Below the pieces are notes generated by a model. It was not told the DNA's origin. It was given only the letters and a program-made list of their open reading frames with translations, and made no database searches. Of a stretch of DNA of 39,693 nucleotides, positions 11,623-19,983 are shown in pieces (position 1 is the first letter of the stretch; every line of letters starts with the position of its first letter). This stretch comes from Frankiales bacterium (lineage in GTDB: Bacteria > Actinomycetota > Actinomycetes > Mycobacteriales > SCTD01). Location of the stretch: contig JAOPVV010000056.1 in NCBI GenBank assembly GCA_025966005.1, positions 1 to 39,693 of the forward strand, in the 5' to 3' direction. The position numbers and the translations under genes were made by a program.

Positions 11623-12858
11623 TCAGCCGCGGCCGAGCTGGGACCAGGGGACGTCCTTGTCCACGCGCGGCTCGGGCGGCAGGCCGAGCACCCGCTCGGC
11701 CATGACGTTGCGCTGGATCTGGTCGGTGCCGCCCGCGAGCCGGTAGCCGGGTGCGCCCAACAGGTGCTCCGTCCACGCGAACCAGCCCGGTTCGCCCGCG
11801 TCGGCGGTCACGCGGGACCCGAGCAGGTCGGCGGCGACGTCGCCGGTGCGCACGAGCAGGTCGGAGGCGAGCAGCTTGCCGATGGAGGCGCCAGGGCCCG
11901 GTGAGACGCCGGCGGCGGCGGCACGGGCCACGCGCTCGGCGGTGGCGGCCTTGAGCACGCTGCGGACGTAGAGGTCGGCCAGCGACTGGCGGACCACCGG
12001 GTCGCCCGTGCGCCCGAGCGACCGCGCGAGGCCGAGGACGTCGTCGAAGGTGCCGCCCTTGCGGCGGGTGCCCGAGCCGGACGAGGTCCGCTCGAACGAC
12101 AGCGTCGCCGTGGCGACCTTCCACCCCTGGCCCACCTCGCCGATGCGCAGGCCGTCGGGCACCCGGGCGCCGGACAGGAACACCTCGTTGAACGACGACC
12201 CGCCGCTCATCTGCCGGATCGGCCGGATGTCCAGGCCGGGGGTGTCCATCGCAATGAGGAACGCCGTGATGCCCTTGTGCTTGGGGGCGTCCGGGTCGGT
12301 GCGGGCCAGCAGCAGGCCGTACTCGGCGTGCCGGGCGCCCGAGCTCCACACCTTCTGCCCGTCGATCACCCACTCCTCGCCGTCCGGCACGGCCCGGCAG
12401 CCCAGGGCGGCCAGGTCCGAGCCGGCGCCCGGCTCGCTGAACAGCTGGCAGGCCAGCAGGTCGGTGCGCAGGAACGGCTGGGCATGGTCCGCGCGCTGCT
12501 GCGGCGTCCCGAACATGGCGACGGCGGGCCCGACCAGGCCGGTCGTCACGCTGATGAGCTCGCTCGACGGCGGGGCGGCGAAGGCCGCCTCCTCCTGCGC
12601 GAAGGCCATGGCGTACGACGCCGGGAGCCCGGCCCCGCCCTGCTCGACCGGCAGGGTGAGGGCTCCGTAGCCGGCGTCGTAGCGCGCCCGACGGTAGACG
12701 CGGACGGCGTCGAGCAGCCGCGTCTCCTCCTCGTCGCTGACGTTGCGGAAGACGGCCAGGTCGACCGGTCCGTCGTCCTGCCGGCCCGACTTCGGCGGCA
12801 GCGTCTCGGCGAGCCAGGCGCGCACCTGGCCGCGCCAGGTGTTGAGGTCGGGTGCCAC
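11623..12858 (-). CDS. Acyl-CoA dehydrogenase family protein
   Basis: The 411-aa ORF carries LFSEPGAGSDLAAL, WVIDGQKVWSSGA and a C-terminal GGTDQIQRNVMAERVLGLP. Confidence 0.9.
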   Translation of the reverse strand: MAPDLNTWRGQVRAWLAETLPPKSGRQDDGPVDLAVFRNVSDEEETRLLDAVRVYRRARYDAGYGALTLPVEQGGAGLPASYAMAFAQEEAAFAAPPSSELISVTTGLVGPAVAMFGTPQQRADHAQPFLRTDLLACQLFSEPGAGSDLAALGCRAVPDGEEWVIDGQKVWSSGARHAEYGLLLARTDPDAPKHKGITAFLIAMDTPGLDIRPIRQMSGGSSFNEVFLSGARVPDGLRIGEVGQGWKVATATLSFERTSSGSGTRRKGGTFDDVLGLARSLGRTGDPVVRQSLADLYVRSVLKAATAERVARAAAAGVSPGPGASIGKLLASDLLVRTGDVAADLLGSRVTADAGEPGWFAWTEHLLGAPGYRLAGGTDQIQRNVMAERVLGLPPEPRVDKDVPWSQLGRG

Positions 12859-12874
12859 GGTTGCCTCCGGGTGG

Positions 12875-14023
12875 TCAGACGGTGAGCACGGCGCAGGCGG
12901 ACAGGCCGGGCGCCCCGTACACGTGGGTGAAGCCGACCCGCGGGCCGCCGGGGACCTGCCGACCGGGGGCCCGGCCCTGCAGCTGCCGGACGACCTCGTG
13001 CACCTGGCGCAGTCCGGACGCGCCGACGGGCTCGCCGTTCGCCAGGCAGCCGCCGTCGGTGTTGACCGGCAGCGCGCCGTCGACGTCGGTCGCGCCCTCG
13101 GCGAGCAGCTGCTCCTGCTCGCCGTGCTTGCACAGGCCGGTCTCGGCGAGGTGGATCATCTCCGAGCCGCTGTCGGTATCCTGCAGCTGGGCCACCTGGA
13201 CGTCCGCCGGGGACAGGCCGGCCTCGGCGAAGGCAGCCGCGGCGGCGTCGACGCTCGGGCTGTTCCACGGGTCGTGGCTGAGCCACGGCGAGAACACCTC
13301 GAACGAGCCGAAGCGCCGGGTGCGCTGGGTGACGGCGGCGAGCCGCACCGGCGTGTCGCACAGGTCGCCGGCCCGGTCGCCACGGGCGAGCACGAGCGCG
13401 ACGGCGCCCTGGCTCGGCTGGCAGAACATGTACTGGGTCAGCGGCTCGTTGACCGGTGCCGCCGCCAGCACCTCCTCCTCCGTCAGCGGCGCCCGCCGCC
13501 AGGCCAGCGGGTGCGCCTCGCCGTTGCGGAACGCGCGTGCCGAGATGCGGGCGAGGGTGCGGTCGGAGATGCCGTGCTCGTGCTGGTAGCGACGCGTCTT
13601 CATCGCGAAGTACTGGGTGGTGACCATCATCCCGGTCGTGGCGTACCAGCTCCCGAGGCCGTAGGCCGCCGCGTCGGCCGCGAAGGCGCCGCGCTCGTGC
13701 TTGTCGAACCCGACGACGGCGACCAGGTCCGCCCGGCCGGCCTGCAGCGCGCTGACCGCCGTGGCCATCGCGACGCCACCGGTGGCGCAGCCGTTCTTGA
13801 CGGTGCTGAACGCGATCCCGGTGAGGCCGAGGCGGGACACGAGCGAGTCCGGCTTGCCGGAGACGTTGCTCCCGCCGACGGCGAAGTCGACGTCGGCCCA
13901 GCTGACGCCGGCGTCGTCGAGCGCGCCGCGCACCGCCTGCTCCGCCAGGTCGAGCCCGGTGCCGTCGTGGCGGCCGAAGGCGGTCATGCCGCCCCCGACG
14001 ACGTACACGTCCTCGGGCCTCAT
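12875..14023 (-). CDS. Thiolase-fold protein (SCP2/lipid-transfer type)
   Basis: The ATG at 14021-14023 overlaps the upstream stop (ATGA). The product starts MRPEDVYVVGGGMTAFGR, has a nucleophile-type Cys in KNGCATGG, and ends with NTDGGCLANGEPVGASG. Confidence 0.88.
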   Translation of the reverse strand: MRPEDVYVVGGGMTAFGRHDGTGLDLAEQAVRGALDDAGVSWADVDFAVGGSNVSGKPDSLVSRLGLTGIAFSTVKNGCATGGVAMATAVSALQAGRADLVAVVGFDKHERGAFAADAAAYGLGSWYATTGMMVTTQYFAMKTRRYQHEHGISDRTLARISARAFRNGEAHPLAWRRAPLTEEEVLAAAPVNEPLTQYMFCQPSQGAVALVLARGDRAGDLCDTPVRLAAVTQRTRRFGSFEVFSPWLSHDPWNSPSVDAAAAAFAEAGLSPADVQVAQLQDTDSGSEMIHLAETGLCKHGEQEQLLAEGATDVDGALPVNTDGGCLANGEPVGASGLRQVHEVVRQLQGRAPGRQVPGGPRVGFTHVYGAPGLSACAVLTV

Positions 14024-14436
14024 GCCGCCTCCTCGTCCAGCGTGAACGCGTACGTGACGACCTCGTCGCCGTCGGCCGTCCGCACCGGCTCGAGGGCCAG
14101 CCGCACCGGCGTGCCGATCTCCAGCAGCGCGCGGTCGACCAGCAGGTGGCCCTCCACGATCACCTCGCCCAGGTCGACGTAGCCGACGGGGAACGGCACG
14201 AAGCCGTCCACCGGCGGGACGTACGGCGGCTTGGGGCAGAAGCCCTGGACCGTCCAGCTCCAGACCGTCCCGCGGTCGGCCAGGGCGTGGGGCGCCATGG
14301 CGGCCCGGGAGCAGCGCGGGCAGGACTGCGCGGTCGGGAACACCACCGTGGCGCACTCCCCGCACCGGCTGCCGAGCAGCCGGGGCGGGTCGAGGGAGGC
14401 GAACAGCCCTGCGTCCACGGGGGTCACGTCGCTCAT
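14020..14436 (-). CDS. DUF35-type Zn-ribbon/OB-fold protein (thiolase partner)
   Basis: The 138-aa product has a four-Cys ribbon (CGECATVVFPTAQSCPRC) followed by an OB-like segment. It is coupled by ATGA to the thiolase gene. Confidence 0.82.
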   Translation of the reverse strand: MSDVTPVDAGLFASLDPPRLLGSRCGECATVVFPTAQSCPRCSRAAMAPHALADRGTVWSWTVQGFCPKPPYVPPVDGFVPFPVGYVDLGEVIVEGHLLVDRALLEIGTPVRLALEPVRTADGDEVVTYAFTLDEEAA

Positions 14437-14450
14437 GCGGGCTCCACGGG

Positions 14451-15878
14451 TCAGCCGGCGAGCAGCAGCAGGGGTCGGGCGAGCAGGCCGCTCACCGACT
14501 GGAGGAACTCCGCCGCAGGCGCGCCGTCCACGGCGCGGTGGTCGAAGGACAGGCTGAGCGTGAGCACCGAGGTGCGGTGCGGCACGTCGCCCTCCCACCG
14601 CACGCCGTCACGGACCCTGCCGACACCCAGGATGCCGGTGTTGCCGGGGTTGACGACGGGCGTGAAGAAGTCGACGCCGTAGGAGCCGAGCGAGGTGACC
14701 ACGAAGGTGGCGCCCTCCATCTGCGGCAGCGTCAGCGTGCCGTCGCGCGCCGCGCCGGCCAGCGCCCGCGTCTCCTCCGCGATGCTCACCAGCGTCCGCC
14801 GGTCGGCGTCCCGCACGACGGGCACGAGCAGTCCGTCGGGGACGGCCACGGCCACGCCGACGTGCACCTGCTCGAGCAGGTGGATGGCGCCGTCGCGGAC
14901 CGTCGCGTTGAGCATCGGGTGCTCGAGCAGCGCGTGCCCCGCGGCCCGGACGACGAAGTCGTTGATGCTCGGCACGCGCAGACCGGTGCCGGCCCACTCG
15001 ACCTTGAGCTGCTCCCGCAGCGCCAGCAGCGCACCGACCTCGGCCTCGAACCCGTGAGTCAGCTGTGCCATCTCCTGCAGGCTGGCGTGCATGTTGCGCG
15101 CGATCGCACCGCGCATGCCGGTGAGCGGGACGACCTGGCCGGCCCGCGGACCCGTCGAGGCAGCGGACGCGGGAGCAGGGGCGGCGGCGACGGGCGCGGC
15201 GGGGACGGCCGCAGCAGCGGCCTCCACGTCGGCCCTCCGGATGCGCCCGCTCAGGCCGGTGCCGCGCACGGTGGTGAGGTCGACCCCGGCCGCCGTGGCC
15301 TGCCGGCGCACCAGCGGCGACACGAACTGACCGGGCGACGGCGAGTCGACGGACGGCGCCGGCACCGGGGCGGCCGCCCCCCGGCGAGCGAGCTCCTCCT
15401 CGACGTCCTCCGACACGATGCGGCCACCGGGACCGGTACCCCGCAGGGCGGTCAGCTCGACGCCCGTCTCCCTGGCGACCCGCTTGGCGTTCGGCGACGC
15501 CAGCAGGCGTCCGTGGGGCGTGCCCGCGGCCGCGGGCGTCGCTGTCGGGGCCATGAGCTGGAGCTCGCCCACGTCGGAGGCGGCCGGAGCCTCGAGCAGT
15601 GCGACGGCGACCTGGTCGACGGGGCCCGCAGGCGCCTGCTCGTCACCGGACAGGAGCCAGGCGATGAGCGCCCCGGGGGGCAGGGTCGCGCCCTCGGCAG
15701 CGACCGGCTCGAACCGGCCGTCGCCCTCGGCCTCGACGTCGACGTCGACCTTGTCGGTCGCCAGCCGGAGCAGGATGTCCCCGCTCTTCACGACGTCGCC
15801 GGCCTGGGCGACCCACTCGAGGATCGTGCCCTCCTCCATCGTCAGCCCCAGCTTGGGGAGGAGGACCTCCTGCGCCAC
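14451..15878 (-). CDS. Dihydrolipoamide acyltransferase (E2) of a 2-oxoacid/acetoin dehydrogenase complex
   Basis: A GTG start. The product has a lipoyl domain with LATDKVDV, a subunit-binding segment (ASPNAKRVARETGVEL and SPLVRRQATAAGVDL), and the catalytic motif SFDHRAVDGA. Confidence 0.92.
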   Translation of the reverse strand: MAQEVLLPKLGLTMEEGTILEWVAQAGDVVKSGDILLRLATDKVDVDVEAEGDGRFEPVAAEGATLPPGALIAWLLSGDEQAPAGPVDQVAVALLEAPAASDVGELQLMAPTATPAAAGTPHGRLLASPNAKRVARETGVELTALRGTGPGGRIVSEDVEEELARRGAAAPVPAPSVDSPSPGQFVSPLVRRQATAAGVDLTTVRGTGLSGRIRRADVEAAAAAVPAAPVAAAPAPASAASTGPRAGQVVPLTGMRGAIARNMHASLQEMAQLTHGFEAEVGALLALREQLKVEWAGTGLRVPSINDFVVRAAGHALLEHPMLNATVRDGAIHLLEQVHVGVAVAVPDGLLVPVVRDADRRTLVSIAEETRALAGAARDGTLTLPQMEGATFVVTSLGSYGVDFFTPVVNPGNTGILGVGRVRDGVRWEGDVPHRTSVLTLSLSFDHRAVDGAPAAEFLQSVSGLLARPLLLLAG

Positions 15879-15881
15879 GGC

Positions 15882-16904
15882 TCAGCTCCGCTCGAGGATG
15901 CGGCGGCAGCCGGCGGCGATCGCTGCACGGTCGGGCACGTAGGCGTTCTCGAGCTTCGGGCTGAACGGCACCGGCGAGAACGGCGCGCCGATGCGCATGA
16001 CCGGCGCGTCCAGGTGGTCGAAGGCGATGTCGGTGATCTGCGCCGCGATCTCACCACCCAGGCCGCCGAAGGTGACGGCCTCGTGCACGACGACCACGCG
16101 GTTGGTCTTGCGGGCCGACGCGACGATGGCGTCGGTGTCCAGCGGCTGCACCGTGCGGGGGTCGATGACCTCCACGCTGATCCCCTCGCCGGCGAGCTGC
16201 TCGGCGGCCGCGGCAGCCTCGACCGCCATGCGCCCGAGCGCGACGACCGTGACGTCACTGCCCTCGCGCACCGTCGTGGCCTGGCCGAACGGGATCGCGT
16301 AGATCTCCTCCGGCACGTCGCCCTTGGCGCCGAGCAGCTTCTTGTTGAGCATCATGATCACGGGGTTGTCGTCGCGCACCGCGGTGACCATCAGCCCCTT
16401 GGCGTCGTACGCCGACGAGGGCATGGCCACCTTGAGCCCGGGGGTGTGGGCGAGCCACGCCTCGAGGCTCTGGCTGTGCTGCGCGCCCGCACCGAGGCCG
16501 GCACCGGAGGCGACCGTGATGACCAGCGGCACCCGGACGTCGCCGCCGAACATGAACTTCATCTTGGCCGCCTGATTGACCACCTGGTCGAGGCAGACGG
16601 CGAGGAAGTCCATGAACATGATGTCGACGACCGGACGCAGGCCGCGCGAGGCGGCACCCACGCCGAGTCCGACGATGGCGGCCTCGGAGATCGGGGTGTC
16701 GATCATGCGGCGCGGGCCGAACTCGGTGAGCAGACCGTCGTACATGTGGAACACACCGCCGTAGCCGGCGACGTCCTCGCCGATGACGAACACGTCCTCG
16801 TCCTCGCGCATGACCTGGTGCAGGGCCTCGTTGTAGGCCTTCACGTAGGTCAGCTGCCGGCCGGTCCTGGCCGGCGTCGCGCCCTTCTCCAGCGTCGCCG
16901 TCAT
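15882..16904 (-). CDS. E1 component beta subunit (transketolase-like)
   Basis: The 340-aa product carries LTYVKAYNEAL, VFVIGEDVAGYGGVF and IDTPISEAAIVG. It lies 3 nt after the E1 alpha stop. Confidence 0.92.
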   Translation of the reverse strand: MTATLEKGATPARTGRQLTYVKAYNEALHQVMREDEDVFVIGEDVAGYGGVFHMYDGLLTEFGPRRMIDTPISEAAIVGLGVGAASRGLRPVVDIMFMDFLAVCLDQVVNQAAKMKFMFGGDVRVPLVITVASGAGLGAGAQHSQSLEAWLAHTPGLKVAMPSSAYDAKGLMVTAVRDDNPVIMMLNKKLLGAKGDVPEEIYAIPFGQATTVREGSDVTVVALGRMAVEAAAAAEQLAGEGISVEVIDPRTVQPLDTDAIVASARKTNRVVVVHEAVTFGGLGGEIAAQITDIAFDHLDAPVMRIGAPFSPVPFSPKLENAYVPDRAAIAAGCRRILERS

Positions 16905-16907
16905 GGG

Positions 16908-17927
16908 TCAGGCCTCCGTGGTGTAGACGTTGAGCAGCACGTCGGCCGGGTCCGGCTCGGGGCTGGCCTTGGCGAAGGCGATGGCGTCCTCGGCGTCGGC
17001 GCGGGTCTGCGCCCAGACCTTCTCGAAGACGTCCTTGCCGAGCACTCCGTCGGCGACGGCGCGCGCCTCCAGCAGCTCGATCGCGTCGCGCTTCTTCCAG
17101 GCGTCGATCTCCTCCTGCGTCCGGTAGGGGATGCGCAGGCCCTTGACGCCCTGGTGGTCGTAGTAGCGGTAGGTCTTGGCCTCCACCATGCTCGGGCCGT
17201 CCCCGGCGCGAGCCCGCTCGACGGAGCGGGCGACGGCGAGCTTGACGGCGACGGCGTCCATGCCGTCGCACACCTCGCTCGGCATGCCGTAGGACGCCGC
17301 GCGGTCGGCGACGTCCTCGAGCAGCATGTGGCGCGCCTGGGGGGTGAACTCGGCGTAGCCGTTGTTCTCGCAGACGAACACGACGGGCAGCTTGAGCACG
17401 GCCGCCATGTTCGCGGCCTCGTGGAAGGTGCCGATGTTGCTCGCGCCGTCACCGAAGAAGGTCATCGCGATGCTGCCGTCGCCGCGGTACCAGCTCGCGA
17501 ACGCGGCGCCCACCGCGATCGGGAGCCCGGCACCGACGATGCCGTTCGCGCCGAGCATCCCGATCGACAGGTCGTTGATGTGCATGCTGCCGCCGCGACC
17601 CCGGCAGTAGCCGTCGAGCCGGCCGAACAGCTCGGCGAACATGGGCCGGAACTGCGCGCCCTTGGCGACCGCGTGCCCGTGCCCGCGGTGCGTCGAGGTG
17701 ATCTGGTCGGCGTCGGTCAGGGTCGCCATCGCCCCCGCGGCGACGGCCTCCTGCCCGACGTACAGGTGCAGGAAGCCGGGCAGCTCGCCGGCCTCCATGA
17801 GGGTGCCCGCCTCCGTCTCGAAGACCCGGATGCGCACCATGCGCCGGTGCAGGTCGAGCAGCTCGTCGGCGCCGAGCCCCTCGACCGTCGCCGCCTCGAG
17901 CGTGGGAGTTCCGCCAGCCTTCGCCAT
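16908..17927 (-). CDS. E1 component alpha subunit (thiamine-diphosphate dependent, AcoA/PdhA-like)
   Basis: The 339-aa product carries FLHLYVGQEAVAAG, a TPP motif region (GDGASNIGTFHEAANMA) and VFVCENNGYA. Confidence 0.92.
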   Translation of the reverse strand: MAKAGGTPTLEAATVEGLGADELLDLHRRMVRIRVFETEAGTLMEAGELPGFLHLYVGQEAVAAGAMATLTDADQITSTHRGHGHAVAKGAQFRPMFAELFGRLDGYCRGRGGSMHINDLSIGMLGANGIVGAGLPIAVGAAFASWYRGDGSIAMTFFGDGASNIGTFHEAANMAAVLKLPVVFVCENNGYAEFTPQARHMLLEDVADRAASYGMPSEVCDGMDAVAVKLAVARSVERARAGDGPSMVEAKTYRYYDHQGVKGLRIPYRTQEEIDAWKKRDAIELLEARAVADGVLGKDVFEKVWAQTRADAEDAIAFAKASPEPDPADVLLNVYTTEA

Positions 17928-18056
17928 GTGCCCGCCTGTTCTGCCTGTCCGCCGCCCGTCGGGCGGGGAGACTGCCGGTGCAGCCCGGCGGCGTGTGCCG
18001 GGTCACGGTCCTTTGTGGTGGGAGGCTACAGTAACCCGACAGCCTGCGACAGCCCT

Positions 18057-18076
18057 CTCCGGAACCCTTTCCGGAG
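18057..18076. promoter_or_regulatory. Perfect inverted repeat CTCCGGAA-N4-TTCCGGAG about 20 nt upstream of the ThuA-like gene
   Basis: Read directly at 18057-18064 and 18069-18076. Confidence 0.35.
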
Positions 18077-18095
18077 GCCGACGGACGGAGTTCCG

Positions 18096-18944
18096 GTGCC
18101 CCCCTCCTCCGATCCGGTGACGGCGCCACGGGTGCTGCTGCTGACCGGCGGCCACCGCGTCGATCACGACGCGCTCCTCGCCATGGTGGGGGCGCTGGCG
18201 GCCGAGCGCGGCTGGCGGTGGGCGCACGCGGTGCAGCCGACGGCGCTCGGCTGGCTGCAGCCCGGCACCCCCTGGGACGTGCTGCTGTGCCACGACCTCC
18301 CGGGACTGCACCTGCGGCGCGGCGAGCCGCCGGCACCGCGCGGACCCTCCGCCGAGGTCGCCGCGGCGATCACCGGACTGCTCGACCAGGGCGTCGGGCT
18401 GGTCGCGACGCACCACGCCCTCGCCGGCTGGCCCGGGTGGGACGGCTGGGCCGACGCCCTGGGCGGCCGGTTCCTCTACGCCCCCGGACCCCTGCACGGC
18501 GACCCCTGGCCCTCGTCCGGTACCCGGATCACGTCCTACACGGCGCGACCCGTCAGCCCGGAGCACCCGGTGTGCGCGGGGGTGGGTGAGCTGGCGCTCA
18601 CCGACGAGCTGTACTGCTGCCCGGTGTTCGAGGACCAGGTGGTGCCGCTGCTGCGCCACGACGCGGACGTCGACCCCTCGCGCTTCGTGTCGACGTACGA
18701 GCACGTGCTGCACGGCGAGGACGCCGCGCCGGACTGCACCGGGCACCCGCCCGCCAGCGACCTGGTCGCCTGGGCCACCTCGTCCGGGCCGAGCCCGGTC
18801 GTCTACGTGCAGCCCGGCGACAGCGCGGCGACCTTCACCGTCCCCGGCTACCGCCGGCTCGTCGGCAACGCCGTCGACTGGGTGGCCTCGGAGCCGGCCC
18901 GCACCTGGGCGCGGGCCAGAACGACGCGGCTCAGCGGCCGCTGA
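18096..18944 (+). CDS. ThuA-domain protein (class-I glutamine-amidotransferase-like fold)
   Basis: This is the C-terminal segment of the 14538..18944 ORF. GTG 18096 follows GGAG. An alternative start is GTG 18117. The product contains VLLLTGGHRVDHDA, ATHHALAGWPGW and a C-terminal RLVGNAVDWV, typical of ThuA-like proteins. Confidence 0.72.
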   Translation: MPPSSDPVTAPRVLLLTGGHRVDHDALLAMVGALAAERGWRWAHAVQPTALGWLQPGTPWDVLLCHDLPGLHLRRGEPPAPRGPSAEVAAAITGLLDQGVGLVATHHALAGWPGWDGWADALGGRFLYAPGPLHGDPWPSSGTRITSYTARPVSPEHPVCAGVGELALTDELYCCPVFEDQVVPLLRHDADVDPSRFVSTYEHVLHGEDAAPDCTGHPPASDLVAWATSSGPSPVVYVQPGDSAATFTVPGYRRLVGNAVDWVASEPARTWARARTTRLSGR

Positions 18945-19893
18945 GCCGCGCGACCACCGGGGCGAAGGCCTCGACCTCGCGGTCGCCGATCGTCACGTAG
19001 CTGAACCCGTACACCTCGCGCCGGCGCTCCAGCTCCTCGCAGACCGCGCCGACGGAGCCGACGAGCGCGTGCGGGAACGTGCGCAGCTCCTCGCCGGCCA
19101 TGCCGGTGCTGTCCACCAGCTGCTGCTCGGTCGTGGTCCCGCCCTCCAGCGCCAGGAAGTACGCGGCGAACTCCAGCTCCACGTCGTCGTACCGGTCACC
19201 GGCCCCCTCGCGGACCCACCCGAGCTTCTGGACCGTCTCGTCGTGACCCGAGGTGGCCACGCTGTCCGCGCCGATGACGCCGGAGCGGTTGTTGAAGTTG
19301 ATGCTGACGATGTCAGCCTGCGCGCCTGCCAGCCGCAGCACCCGGGGCGCGCCGCCGCCCACCATGATCGGAGGCGGGGCGTCGAGCAGGGGCAGCGGGG
19401 CCATGTCCCGCACCCGCACGTAGGTGCCGTCGGTGGCTGCGGGCCGACCGGCCAGGAAGTCCTTGACCATCTCGAGGAACTCGGCGAGGTGGGTCACCCG
19501 CTGTCCGGCGGAGGGGAACGCGATGCCCATCGCCTCGTACTCCGCCTCCAGCCAGCCGGCGCCGAGCCCGACCTCGGTGCGGCCACCCGAGAGCTCGGCC
19601 AGGGTGGCGATCTCCTTCGCCAGCACGTACGCGTGGTGGTACCCCACGCAGAACATCCGGCAGCCGATGCGCAGGGTCGACGTGACCTCGGCGGCGACCG
19701 CCATGGCGGGCACGGGCGCGAGGGTGACCGGACGGTGCTTCGTGGCGTCCGACACCGGACCGGGGCCCAGGTAGTGGTCGCAGGTGTGGAGGGCGGAGAA
19801 GCCCAGGCCCTCGACCTGCCGGGCCAGGTCGCGCCACGCCTTGCCGGACTCGGGACGGTAGGCCTGGACGGCGAACCGGAACGGCTTCTGCAC
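18931..19893 (-). CDS. Luciferase-like (LLM class, probably F420-dependent) oxidoreductase
   Basis: GTG 19893 follows GGGAG. The 320-aa product carries FRFAVQA, DHYLGPGP, GRTEVGLGAGWLEAEYEAMG and a C-terminal FSYVTI. Confidence 0.86.
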   Translation of the reverse strand: MQKPFRFAVQAYRPESGKAWRDLARQVEGLGFSALHTCDHYLGPGPVSDATKHRPVTLAPVPAMAVAAEVTSTLRIGCRMFCVGYHHAYVLAKEIATLAELSGGRTEVGLGAGWLEAEYEAMGIAFPSAGQRVTHLAEFLEMVKDFLAGRPAATDGTYVRVRDMAPLPLLDAPPPIMVGGGAPRVLRLAGAQADIVSINFNNRSGVIGADSVATSGHDETVQKLGWVREGAGDRYDDVELEFAAYFLALEGGTTTEQQLVDSTGMAGEELRTFPHALVGSVGAVCEELERRREVYGFSYVTIGDREVEAFAPVVARLSGR

Positions 19894-19923
19894 GGCGACT
19901 CCCGGAGCGCTCGATCAAGTTTC

Positions 19924-19953
19924 TTGACGGTGTCTACAGTCTCAGGGGACCAT
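19924..19953 (+). promoter_or_regulatory. Candidate promoter TTGACG-N18-GACCAT with the TGTCTACAGT box in the spacer
   Basis: The 13-mer AGTTTCTTGACGG (19918-19930) is identical to 6861-6873. The 10-mer TGTCTACAGT (19931-19940) is identical to 6716-6725. The element lies 30-60 nt upstream of the GTG at 19984. Confidence 0.4.
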
Positions 19954-19983
19954 AACCCATCTCACCGGCCCCGAGGAGCGCTC

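Noticed and set aside
14538-18944. A 1468-aa ORF on the plus strand spanning the whole E1/E2 region.
   Set aside because: It runs antisense to four genes with unmistakable enzyme motifs, and its translation is low-complexity Arg/Gly/Asp/His text. Stop-free antisense frames are expected in very GC-rich DNA. Only its last roughly 280 codons, the ThuA-like gene, are taken as real.
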